DNA of 51,236 nt, the filler included, from Stramenopiles sp. TOSAG23-2 (taxonomy: Eukaryota): the NCBI GenBank assembly GCA_900128395.1. It is 2 parts of 2 records of this genome, joined end to end, with 100 filler letters (N's around TTAATTAATTAA, not from the genome) between each part and the next. Parts side by side here need not be neighbours in the genome. Positions count along the whole stretch, not along the records: positions 1 to 25,595 come from LT649452.1; 1 more part is not named here. The stretch is one strand, 5' to 3'. The notes beneath the pieces were generated by a model. That model searched no databases, had not been told where the DNA came from, and saw nothing but the letters and a program-made list of their open reading frames with translations. Shown piece by piece: positions 11,421-21,548 of the stretch (positions are counted from its first letter, which is position 1; each line of letters begins with the position of its first letter). The position numbers and the translations under genes are program-made.

Positions 11421-11665
11421 CCAAAATCTGTACGTGGATCCAATCTAACTGGTAAGATAGATCTTAATGGTCTTTGCTTACGTGGGACTTTTTGAAAGCA
11501 TCTTGGTGGAGGCCTTGGTTTAATTGGTGATGTATTTGTTACTAGCATTGATTTTGTAGGTGTTATATGTGTTCCCATACCCATTTGGCCCATCCATGCG
11601 CCTTGTGCAGATTCTGGATACCAAAATGCTTTTCCTTGTGTTGTATGATTGACTAAATCTGACAT
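11360..11665 (-). CDS. Small hypothetical protein (101 aa)
   Basis: ATG preceded by an A-rich leader; GC higher than flanks; protein-like composition; no recognisable domain. Confidence 0.6.
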   Translation of the reverse strand: MSDLVNHTTQGKAFWYPESAQGAWMGQMGMGTHITPTKSMLVTNTSPIKPRPPPRCFQKVPRKQRPLRSILPVRLDPRTDFGKKKDSGVSFGSNYPSKSRN

Positions 11666-12056
11666 TTTTTATGTTATATTGGTAAATAACCACGGTTCGT
11701 AATATGTACATATACATATATATACATTTGCTATCGTTGTGTCTCTGATGTCCATAGACGACTATATATATTTTTATGTTTAATTTTTGGACATAATAAA
11801 ATAATTGATTCGTTACTTGATTGAATTGATGATTGATAAAAAAAATTAGAAGAAGAAGACACACATTATAAAATACCTTATTGTTTTAACATAATTTTGA
11901 GCAACTTATAGCTATAAATATTTGATAGGTAGATCTTGGAAGATAATAAATCCATAAAATCCAAAAATGACCAATGTTAATTGGATGAAAATATCTAGAA
12001 TATCCGATTTATGGTATTACCTATATAAATATATATTTATGGTATACTAAATCTGT

Positions 12057-12111
12057 ACTAATTAGACCACGCCTGTTTTGAGGAGAGTTTCATCCGTCTT
12101 ATTTACAAGGA
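12057..12111. repeat. Dispersed 55-bp repeat; second copy inverted at 51182-51236
   Basis: actaattagaccacgcctgtttt(g/t)aggagagtttcatccgtcttatttacaagga, one mismatch between copies. Confidence 0.9.
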
Positions 12112-12426
12112 TTAACATGGGAATAGGACTACAGTATAAAAATGGAAGGAAGCCAAAGCATAAATAAAAAATAAAAAAAAAAATCTTCTTCTTCTAAAAA
12201 TACATTTTTTAATCCTCTTTTTGCACGGATATATACATGTATATATATATTGATGTACACATCATGAACGTAAGAAATGTGTACATACATGTTTTTCTGT
12301 TCATAACTGTATTGCTGACATTCATTCGTTGCCCCGCAGTTGTATATGGAAAGAATACCACATGGGATATACATATATAAAACGATAAGTGCAAAACAAA
12401 AAAAACAAAACAAAAAAACAGGCAAC

Positions 12427-13416
12427 ATGGAGGAGAATATATTTGATGATATAATAATAACTAAGAAACATACAAAAACAAAAAACAATAATAAAAAGAA
12501 TGTATCAACGAAGAAAAAGAAATATGTAGTAACAACAAAAAATGAATTTGATGATATATTTATTTCAGATAAACGGAAGAAAATAATAGAATTAGAACGA
12601 AAAATACAAGAGGAAGAAAATGAACAAAGATTGAAAGAAATGGAAAGAAAAAGACCAAAAACACCTTTGTTATTACAACGAAAAACAATACCGTGGATAG
12701 AAATCAATAAATCCTTCCAATTTTTACGATTAGAGCGTTGGAGAACACCATCATCATTTCCCAATGGTGTAAAATTATTAAAGAAATGGTTAGTGAACAA
12801 TAATGAATTATTATCAAGAAGTTTTTATCAATATAAATTAAAAAAACTTGCATTTGAAAATTTTTGTATTCATGCCTTTCAAACAAATGTACAGAATCTT
12901 GAATTAGCAAGAATATTAGCAAAACAACATAAATTAAAAAGACATCAAAAAGAAATAGAATATGAAGTAAGATGTGGCAATTCATTTAATTTAACTATGG
13001 AATCAACCAGGAAACGTATGAGATTGCTTTTAAAATGTTGGTATAATTTTGTATCTGATCAAAAAATTGACAATACTGACAATATAAAATGGAATAGATA
13101 TATTAGATATAAACGTAGTAAAATGTTATCCAAAGAAGAAGAAATTAAATTAATAGAAAGTCGAATATCATCTGACAATTATGATGTAGATAATAGTTTT
13201 CAAACATCAATGTCTGTTACACATCCATATAAAGTACGAGAGGCACTTGTCGGAATTGGCATGGAGCCATGGCAAGAACATGCAAAAAATGCTAAGCATT
13301 TACATAAAATGGAGGAAAGAATTTACAAAACAAAATATGCTGGTTATCAATCTAGTATTTTTGATACATTTAATCAGACGGCATTAGGAAGAGATGATAC
13401 CTATGAGAGGGACTGA
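12427..13416 (+). CDS. Hypothetical basic, coiled-coil-rich protein
   Basis: Long ORF; first ATG at 12427 (MEENIFDD) chosen over the TTG start in the track; no confident domain. Confidence 0.7.
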   Translation: MEENIFDDIIITKKHTKTKNNNKKNVSTKKKKYVVTTKNEFDDIFISDKRKKIIELERKIQEEENEQRLKEMERKRPKTPLLLQRKTIPWIEINKSFQFLRLERWRTPSSFPNGVKLLKKWLVNNNELLSRSFYQYKLKKLAFENFCIHAFQTNVQNLELARILAKQHKLKRHQKEIEYEVRCGNSFNLTMESTRKRMRLLLKCWYNFVSDQKIDNTDNIKWNRYIRYKRSKMLSKEEEIKLIESRISSDNYDVDNSFQTSMSVTHPYKVREALVGIGMEPWQEHAKNAKHLHKMEERIYKTKYAGYQSSIFDTFNQTALGRDDTYERD

Positions 13417-13579
13417 GAGATTTTAAAATATTTAATTTTTACATCTGTGTATTATAAGTGCGTGTAGAAATACTTTTAATTCTCAAAAAAATTTACGAAG
13501 TCACGAATCACGTATATTATATACAAACATTTTACAATCTTTACAACGCACACACACACACACCCTTTTCTTTTATCTT

Positions 13580-15898
13580 TTATCCAATCATCACTTGTTG
13601 TACAGCTAATCTTGCTTCTTCCATCATTTTCAACACAGATGATAAACGCTCACGCTTTGCTTCTGTTTCCGCTGTTTCACTTAATAGCTCATTCACTTTT
13701 GCAGGATCATATAAAGCTTGAACCAATTCCGTATGTAATGATTTGGAAACATTACTAACTAATTTTAATGTAATTGCTTTCGGTATACTGTCTAAAATCT
13801 TTTTACGAACTATTTCAAAATATTCAGTCAATAATGTTTCAACAACACGTGTTTGAATTACATCACTATTTGTCATAGATGGTGTCCTTCCTGGCCTATT
13901 TGTCGGTGGTGTTTTAGCTTTAAAACTTTGTTGAAACATTGGATTTGCTTTCGGTTGCTTTAATTTCCCTGCCACAAATGCATCCCAACTTTCTTGGTTG
14001 GATGCGATTTCAATGCTATGGCACCATTTCGTAGCATTTCCATGATCACTTGCTTTAAAGGTGTATCTAGGTCCATTACTTGCAACTGTAACTTCCAACT
14101 TGCAATCGGATTGGCCAGGTGCTAACGTACATTTTGCACCATCAAGTTCGATTGCAGTAGCATTTTCACCTTCTTCCGTGTCACTGACAACTAAAGATCG
14201 TTTTGCTAATACACACCACTTCCGTGTATATGCACTTTTAAAGCTTAATTTAACACCACCAGATGGCATTTCTTTTAACTCCATCCAACCTTCCATTAAA
14301 GATAATTCATTTGTTGAACTTGTATTTTTTTTATTTTCAACATGTGTTTTTAATGAGGTAACTGCTGTTGGATCGTTTTTTTCAACGTATTGAGCTGCTG
14401 ACATTAAATCCCAAACAGTCATGCCTTTTAAAAAATCAGGATGATCTGTATTAATCAATGCTGCTTCCATATCAATCAACGTATTCACCAACGCCTCGGT
14501 TTGCTCTTTTCTTGATGAAATAATATTCCTAGTTTGCCTACGAATCGTTTCTCTCAATACATTATATCGCCCCATCGATTCCGTTTCAATACTCATTGCT
14601 TGATTTAACAATTCATCATATACATTTTGTAAACAAATAATAGATGGAGCTTTTAATTGCTTAATACCTTGTCGTATAACTACTTGAAATGCCTCGTCTG
14701 GGATGAACAACCCACCTTTCAATCCACCACTATTATTAATAATGTTACGAATTTGAGCTGGTGCTAATGAGGATAATACATCCACGTTTTCAATATTTTT
14801 TAGAAATTGTCCTTTAAATAACGAACGCAATTTTGCACCACCTGTTAATTGATCAATAGTAGCATCATCATCATTCCCTTCCATCTTGTCTTTAAATTTT
14901 TGCGCATAACCAACAATACAGCCGAGAACCGCTTGTGATTTAGCTGCATCATCTTTCAATTCTTTCAATTCAATTAATTCATTTTTCTTTAAATTAGTAA
15001 AAGCACCAATTTTATTATTGATATCTGGTAAACAATTTTTAATATGTTGCATCAATGTTTTATTAAGTACTTTTGCTAAATATTCTGTCCCACATCGTTC
15101 TTTAATCATTCTATATGCTGGATGGGAAGAAAAATAAGAATCTTCTGCACTCCATTGTGTTTTGATATCCATTTTTTGTTCAATATCATGCTGACTTCGA
15201 TTGACCACCGGGATGTATCCTAATTTTAATGGAATCACTTCGTTGTTTAAGATAGGCATTGCATTTGTACCTTTATCCATTAAATCAAGTTTCGTCAAAA
15301 CACCAACTGTGCGAAACCCATCGGGATCAACTTCTTTTGCCAATTGAATAGCATCACTGTTTGCTAAATCTTGATTTGCTGGAGATACTGCTAATATAAT
15401 TGTATTTTCTTGTTGAATATATTTTAATATTAAAGCACGAATCTGGTCGTTAATATCTTTTGGTTGGTCTCCAACTGCTACACGTGTTAAACCAGGCAAA
15501 TCAATTAAAGTTAAATCTAAAACTTGCGCACTATGAACTGTTAAATTAATAGGTGCATCACTAATAGATTTATTTAAACATCTCGGATCGTTTTCCGTAG
15601 CATTTTCTATTTCTTTACGAGCATCTTCATAACTAAATTTTTTGTTTGGTAAATGAAGAAATTCACAATATTCCACCTTTAATTCAGGTTCATTAATTAA
15701 TTTTAAAACCAATGGTCTCCTCGTAACAATTCCACTTCCCCGAGGTAAAAAGTCTCTTCCAACAATATTTTCTAAAACACTTGACTTACCTGCTGATTGT
15801 CCACCAACAACAGCAATTTGTGGCAACGATAATGGATCCTCGCCTAATATTGTAAATGCATCTTGCAATTTATTAATTACTTTAATTAAACGGTCCAT
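13580..15898 (-). CDS. Dynamin-family GTPase with GTPase, middle, PH and GED domains
   Basis: LPQIAVVGGQSAGKSSVLE, LPRGSGIVTRRPL, DLPG, TKLD motifs; PH-like MEGWMELK...RKWCVL...KWCHSI; GED YFEIVRKKILDSIPKAI. Likely start is MDRLIKVINKLQDAF at 15898. Confidence 0.95.
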   Translation of the reverse strand: MDRLIKVINKLQDAFTILGEDPLSLPQIAVVGGQSAGKSSVLENIVGRDFLPRGSGIVTRRPLVLKLINEPELKVEYCEFLHLPNKKFSYEDARKEIENATENDPRCLNKSISDAPINLTVHSAQVLDLTLIDLPGLTRVAVGDQPKDINDQIRALILKYIQQENTIILAVSPANQDLANSDAIQLAKEVDPDGFRTVGVLTKLDLMDKGTNAMPILNNEVIPLKLGYIPVVNRSQHDIEQKMDIKTQWSAEDSYFSSHPAYRMIKERCGTEYLAKVLNKTLMQHIKNCLPDINNKIGAFTNLKKNELIELKELKDDAAKSQAVLGCIVGYAQKFKDKMEGNDDDATIDQLTGGAKLRSLFKGQFLKNIENVDVLSSLAPAQIRNIINNSGGLKGGLFIPDEAFQVVIRQGIKQLKAPSIICLQNVYDELLNQAMSIETESMGRYNVLRETIRRQTRNIISSRKEQTEALVNTLIDMEAALINTDHPDFLKGMTVWDLMSAAQYVEKNDPTAVTSLKTHVENKKNTSSTNELSLMEGWMELKEMPSGGVKLSFKSAYTRKWCVLAKRSLVVSDTEEGENATAIELDGAKCTLAPGQSDCKLEVTVASNGPRYTFKASDHGNATKWCHSIEIASNQESWDAFVAGKLKQPKANPMFQQSFKAKTPPTNRPGRTPSMTNSDVIQTRVVETLLTEYFEIVRKKILDSIPKAITLKLVSNVSKSLHTELVQALYDPAKVNELLSETAETEAKRERLSSVLKMMEEARLAVQQVMIG

Positions 15899-16344
15899 AT
15901 ATTGATTAAAAGTAGCAAAAAAAAATATTATACAAAATAACAACAATAATAATACAATAATAAGATTGACAACAATCGTTTTCTTTCCTTTTGTTGTATA
16001 TAGTTTTGTGTCAATTATACGATCTTTATCCATTAGTACGTTCTATGAAATCTTTTATTATCCAAAATTGCGTACTTTTTTTTATTTTATTTATTATTTT
16101 TATTATTTTGGCCATCGGGAATTTTCTTACCGGAAGGGACAAATATAAATCTTAGTATACAAATATCTATACTTAATATATTTTTAAAAAAAAGTATGAA
16201 AGGTTTTCCTTCGATATTATTAATTAATATAAATAGGTGAAATGATGACACACATACTGTATCATAACAAAACAGAAAATTTTTAAAATCTCTCTTATAT
16301 GTGCGGGTAAATATTCTCCCTTCTCTTCCCATATACACACACCC

Positions 16345-17526
16345 TTACGCTAAATCATCAAAGTCATCTTCAAAACCATTTAACAAATCATTCGTTTCTG
16401 CAATTGAATTTTCTAATGTAGCACTTGCTGTTGATGTACGAGCAACAGTATCATTAATTTTTTCTTCGTCATCATTTACAATGTTAGTATTATTATTGTT
16501 GTCTAAACTATTTGCAATAGACTTGCTAGTATTTTGTAATGATTTTTGTATTGATGATAAATCCATTGGGCTTTTTTTTCTTTGTGTATCACGCATTGCT
16601 GCAGGCATTGTTGTTTTTTTTGGATCACTTTGTGGTGCATTGCCAATAATTTTGTCCATAACTTCATTTGCTAATCTACCTATTTCTGGAACTGGTAAAA
16701 ATTTCATTCCAGGCAAATTTTTAACAGCTTTTAATTTCTCCGCATTGTTTTCTTTCACACCTTTTAAAAAATCTTCAGCAGCTTCACCTTGATCAGACAA
16801 TCCATAACGCCCATACCCTAACGCTTCTAAAAGTGCTTCATCAGCTCCTATGATATCTTCACGATACACCATCAATATGGTTTCACTTAACAGCCATTGA
16901 TATACCGTGTTCGTTTGATTCCCTTTTGTAAAGGCTTTGATAGCTCGTTGAATCAATGTTAATACCATCCCATAATCTTGATCACGTAAAGCCATTCGTG
17001 TCACGTCACGATATAATTGAAATGTATATGCCCATTGCTCCAACGCTTCCAATGCATCGATAATTCGTACATACATTGCAACTGCTCGGTCAACATCAAA
17101 TTTAGCAATAATATCAGCAGCTTGCTTTCCTGCAGTTTGTGCGGTAACCATATCTCCATTATCTTTATATGCATTAAAAGCTTGTTCGAAAAAATCTGCA
17201 GCCATTTTAAAGTACTCTTCCGTTTTCATAGATTTTGCTATCATACCAGCTTGTTGATTATGCTTTCCAACTTCAAATTCTTGTCCACATTCCGCAGCAC
17301 ATGTAGCAGCTTTCACTAAACAATCAATCGCCTTTTGTGGTTCTTTTCCCATACGATAATGATTCGATGCCTTCGCATACAAAGGTGATGCACTTAAATA
17401 ATCTTTTTTCCAATTAAACATACTTGTTTTTAAACAAGCATCTGCTTCTTTAATAATTTTCAACGCTTCTTTGATTGCATTTTTTTGTGATGGTGTTTTT
17501 TCTTTCCCAGCTGCTAACGATGCCAT
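16345..17526 (-). CDS. NAPG: Gamma-soluble NSF attachment protein (gamma-SNAP)
   Basis: N-terminal LKTSMFNWKKDYLSASPLYAKAS typical of gamma-SNAP; TPR-like helices; acidic C-terminal DDLA. Confidence 0.8.
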   Translation of the reverse strand: MASLAAGKEKTPSQKNAIKEALKIIKEADACLKTSMFNWKKDYLSASPLYAKASNHYRMGKEPQKAIDCLVKAATCAAECGQEFEVGKHNQQAGMIAKSMKTEEYFKMAADFFEQAFNAYKDNGDMVTAQTAGKQAADIIAKFDVDRAVAMYVRIIDALEALEQWAYTFQLYRDVTRMALRDQDYGMVLTLIQRAIKAFTKGNQTNTVYQWLLSETILMVYREDIIGADEALLEALGYGRYGLSDQGEAAEDFLKGVKENNAEKLKAVKNLPGMKFLPVPEIGRLANEVMDKIIGNAPQSDPKKTTMPAAMRDTQRKKSPMDLSSIQKSLQNTSKSIANSLDNNNNTNIVNDDEEKINDTVARTSTASATLENSIAETNDLLNGFEDDFDDLA

Positions 17527-17842
17527 TGTTGTTGTTGCTGTTGTATATATCTAAGTGGTAAGTCCTATTTCTTTATGAAAGAAATTTTATATATACATAT
17601 ATAATATATATATTGTTTTCAACTAACAACCATAAAACTATAAAACTTTATTAATTATTAAATCTATTTTTTGCATTTTTTGATGAATTTTAATGAATTT
17701 TATGTCTTCTTTGATGGTAATTTGTTGTTTGGAACAACAAAATTTAAAAAATATTGTATATACACTTACAAGTACAATAGACCTATGTATACCATTTTTT
17801 TAAAAAATCAACATTGTCCAAAATAGCGCAAAGGGCTTATCC

Positions 17843-17934
17843 CAAGAGGTCTACACGGTGCCCTCGTCTATTTCGTGCACTTCACTCTTGAGGAGCGAAG
17901 CGACGAATAGACTCGGTGTGAAAATGGCAACTAG
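17843..17934. mobile_element. Degenerate palindromic element (possible MITE or rolling-circle remnant)
   Basis: Hairpin gtctatttcgtgcacttcactc / gagcgaagcgacgaatagac (17866-17912), then CTAG at 17931; 17911-17933 matches the reverse complement of 18791-18813 at 20/23. Confidence 0.4.
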
Positions 17935-18861
17935 GAAAGATTAGTATATTCTAAGAAGTACGATTTTTGTACCTAAAATTGCTGATGTGAAATCTATAGA
18001 AATATTTGAGCACTAACAAGTATAAGCTTCCTATCAAAAAGGCAAAAATGAAATCTATAGATTTTGGATTTTGGGAGAGTGCCGGTATTATACATATAAA
18101 TAGCATAGGAGATGCATAGTAAGGGAATAGCATAAGAAAGAGTAGAGGAAACTGTCGATCAGAGATATACATTAAGACATGGTGCCCGGAAGTGGTGTGC
18201 ATAACGAATAGACACATGTACACATATATATATTAATATATATGTGTAAGAGGATGAGAGAAAAAGAGATAGATAAAATATATGTAGACAATCTACGTTG
18301 TGTTTTATTATACCTGTATCTATTTGTAGTCATGGCATCTATTGCTAATACTTGTGACAACTGCAATGATATGTATGAAAAATTAGCAAATGCTATAAAA
18401 CATGAAAAGCAATTGAATATTACCCAACTTTTGCGCGTCTGTGAGCTTGGGTGGCATTGTATTGTATTACAGCAGATACGTATGTTCTTAATGAAATGAA
18501 CAGTAATATTTATGGATACGGATACTACTCGTTGCGTTGCAGCGAGGCATGTGCAACAAGCACACTGTTGTGATGAATAATTAATTGTTATTATTAAAAT
18601 ATATTATTAATGCGCTACAAGTAATAATAATAATATGTACATCTCTGTGTATAATATGTGCCACAGTTGATGGATGTGGCCTTGAATAAAATATAAATAT
18701 TTTCGGAAATTTATGTTATCAAAAAATTAAAAATATACGTTTTTGTCATTTTGGTTAAATATAAGTATAAAATAGACTACATCATGTTGATAGGTGCCAT
18801 TTTCACTTCGAGTACAAGAGGTCTACCGGTAGTCTTGAAGGTGTGAAATAGCGAGTAATAT

Positions 18862-19081
18862 TGTGACACCTTCGTAATATTGTTGTGCATAGGAGCTAAA
18901 AATTTTTCCGTGGTTTGTGCGTATATTGATGAGTAAATAAGGGAATCTGCATCATCAAATTTCACATACAAATTTCACTAGTTTCTTTTTTGTACTTAAT
19001 AATAAAGTAATTCGTAATATTTTTCCTATCTTATATATTTTACTTTTGGATTGTTTTTGGTTTCTTTTCGTATTACCTTAA
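18862..19081 (+). repeat. Diverged ~220-bp repeat, copy A
   Basis: 43-bp core 18933-18975 identical to 20964-21006; colinear flanking blocks; ends taccttaa. Confidence 0.85.
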
Positions 19082-19409
19082 CACTCCTCCCTGGGTGTGT
19101 GCCTGCTAATTATTATTATTCTAAATAATCCGGAATAATAGCAAAAAAATATATAATATATATACCCAAAAAAAGATTTTGTATTATATAAGATGGTATA
19201 GGACACAAGAGAAGAAACATATAAGATATCCCTGTAATATATAGCTATATAACATAATATTTGAGACTCTATAATAAGGAAATAAGAATCAACATCTACA
19301 TCACATCGAATTGAAGTTCATTGAAAAACTAGATACAATCGTATATATATTCAGAATTTAAAAGAAGAAATAAATATTAATTAAATAATTATTATAAATA
19401 GTAAATAAT

Positions 19410-20717
19410 ATGGAAATGAAGAAAAAATATACTGTGCAATCAACAGAGAAAGGTGATGGGGAAGAGGATGAAAGAATAGGTTTAATGGAAGATGGGAAGA
19501 AGGAAACATCCTTGGCAGATTTGCCACCACCAAAAGAACAGTGGCTTCAAAGACATAGAGCTTTCTTAAATTTCAATGTAGTATGGTTTGTGAAGTTAGT
19601 ATATACTTTGACTGAAAATCCTGAGAGCAAATTATTTCATTTCTTTATGAATAACATTATTACGCTTTTTGTCGAAGGAAGTGTTCCTCTACTTGGGACG
19701 TTAATATGGACTCTTGGGATACCAAAAGCAGCTGTATATAGTATGTCCATATTTTCTTTTGTATTAGTAGGATATGGCATCTATATTAAAACAATCGAAT
19801 TCAAAAGAAGAAAATATATGAAAATGTATCACTACTATGATATTCACCAACCAACGATTTGCGAACCCTTAGATAGATCATCTAATTTTTGCAGGGTCAT
19901 GGAAGAAATGGAGAATACAAAATCTACTATCTTGATTATGCCATTTCTTAGTAGTGGGATATGTCTATGGTCTATTTGGTATTTAATTGCTTATTCTGTA
20001 TTAAATGGGCAAATTGCTGCTGCTTCCAACCTGGATTTTTATTTAGCATGTTGCGGAACTGTTGCAGTCGGAATAGCTCACGTTTGGATTACCCTATTAT
20101 TTGGCTATCACTTTGCAGTCGGTAAAGCGACAAAAAAGGTTAACAAAAAGTATACTAACAATAAACGGGCTAGTTTTACTAAATATCTTGTTACTGAATT
20201 ATGCAATATTTTGGGAAAAGATCCATCTACGGAAACGTTGGAAGAATTAAAAAATCATAGCAAAATAATGAAATTGTACATTGATTCTTTAAATTATTAT
20301 GAAGGTCATAAAATTTTGCATTCTTTTTTTACATTGATAATAAACGTCATTGGTTCCTTTGTTGTTGCACTTTGGCCCAACTCAGAAGGGGCTATCGGTA
20401 TTTCTCAAGTCCTTGTTGGTGTTCTAGGTGCTACATTTTTTTTTTACTTTTTATCTAAAAGTCCAATTGCTAAACCTGCAATGGGATTTGATAAAATTTA
20501 TAGCCGATTCACAGATGCAAAATGGTTTAACGCGGCATTAAAACATTTTCATGGAAATAGTGTAAATTTATTACTATATTTAGAACAACATCGATATGGT
20601 TTTAGAGTATTTGGTATACGAATTGATATGAAACTTTTCCGCCTTGTTATAAGTCTAGTCGCATCTGGTTTTGCAACTGCAACTTTTTATTCGATAAGAG
20701 GTTTGGCAGCAGGTTGA
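19410..20717 (+). CDS. Multi-pass membrane protein, candidate gustatory-receptor-like/DUF3537-type 7TM ion channel
   Basis: About seven hydrophobic segments with a long loop after the fourth; C-terminal LYLEQHRYGFRVFGIRIDMKLFRLVISLV resembles the hairpin-plus-TM7 motif of GRL/DUF3537 proteins. Confidence 0.65.
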   Translation: MEMKKKYTVQSTEKGDGEEDERIGLMEDGKKETSLADLPPPKEQWLQRHRAFLNFNVVWFVKLVYTLTENPESKLFHFFMNNIITLFVEGSVPLLGTLIWTLGIPKAAVYSMSIFSFVLVGYGIYIKTIEFKRRKYMKMYHYYDIHQPTICEPLDRSSNFCRVMEEMENTKSTILIMPFLSSGICLWSIWYLIAYSVLNGQIAAASNLDFYLACCGTVAVGIAHVWITLLFGYHFAVGKATKKVNKKYTNNKRASFTKYLVTELCNILGKDPSTETLEELKNHSKIMKLYIDSLNYYEGHKILHSFFTLIINVIGSFVVALWPNSEGAIGISQVLVGVLGATFFFYFLSKSPIAKPAMGFDKIYSRFTDAKWFNAALKHFHGNSVNLLLYLEQHRYGFRVFGIRIDMKLFRLVISLVASGFATATFYSIRGLAAG

Positions 20718-20888
20718 GAAATGGAGTGGCAGACTGAAGTTGCCATGGCCTAGAAAACGTTGGCATGTGCCAATGCTAATTAACCGAAACGATCATATGT
20801 GAATGAAAGGTATATACTAAAATTTTTGTTTTCTTGTGAGTTTATTACTACAAATACCAAAATAATTTCACAGATACAGACAACAAAG

Positions 20889-21114
20889 TGTGACACCTCG
20901 TATAATATATTTTGACAAAGCTTATAATTTTTCCGGTGGTTATGTGGTATTTAGTAGTAATGTGTAAATAAGGGAATCTGCATCATCAAATTTCACATAC
21001 AAATTTTACGTTTCTCATTTTTTATACTTGCTTATAAAGTAATTCGTCATAATTTGTCTATATCATTTTCTGTTGGATTGTTTCGAATTGTTTTCTCTTC
21101 TAATTGTACCTTAA
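20889..21114 (+). repeat. Diverged ~220-bp repeat, copy B
   Basis: Direct-orientation partner of 18862-19081; also ends taccttaa. Confidence 0.85.
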
Positions 21115-21548
21115 AAGATAACATCCCTTTATCACATCAAAAATCGATTTTCGTTATACATTTGCACATCGATCACTAGAAAAACGTTGTGGCATGTGCC
21201 ATGAGGTTTTCCAAATACATGGACATACCATTGCAGTTTTCAACCTCTACACATATCAATTCCACACATTAAATACACATAAACTACATGTTTATAGATG
21301 ATATAGATGAAGAAAATGTAGAATCGATAGATACACAGATATATGTAAAGAGATACGTATCCGAATGAGAATTGAAACACGTGGTGATTTGCATCGTATA
21401 TTTCATTTGATATTAATCTGAACACATACAAAAAAGCATTTATTGCATTTGGATAGTATATCGAAATATATTTGATAATATATAAAAATTATTACGTCAA
21501 TATACATTTTTTTTTTTCAGAGAGATATATTTAAATATATTTTTTAAT

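Noticed and set aside
15899-16033. Hydrophobic N-terminal extension on dynamin (TM or targeting peptide)
   Set aside because: Derived from T-rich leader-like sequence; family homology begins at MDRLI (15898). Not fully excluded without transcript data.
17951-18971. Short ORFs in the 17.5-19.4 kb intergenic region
   Set aside because: 60-90 aa, low-complexity I/Y/L-rich translations on both strands with no motifs
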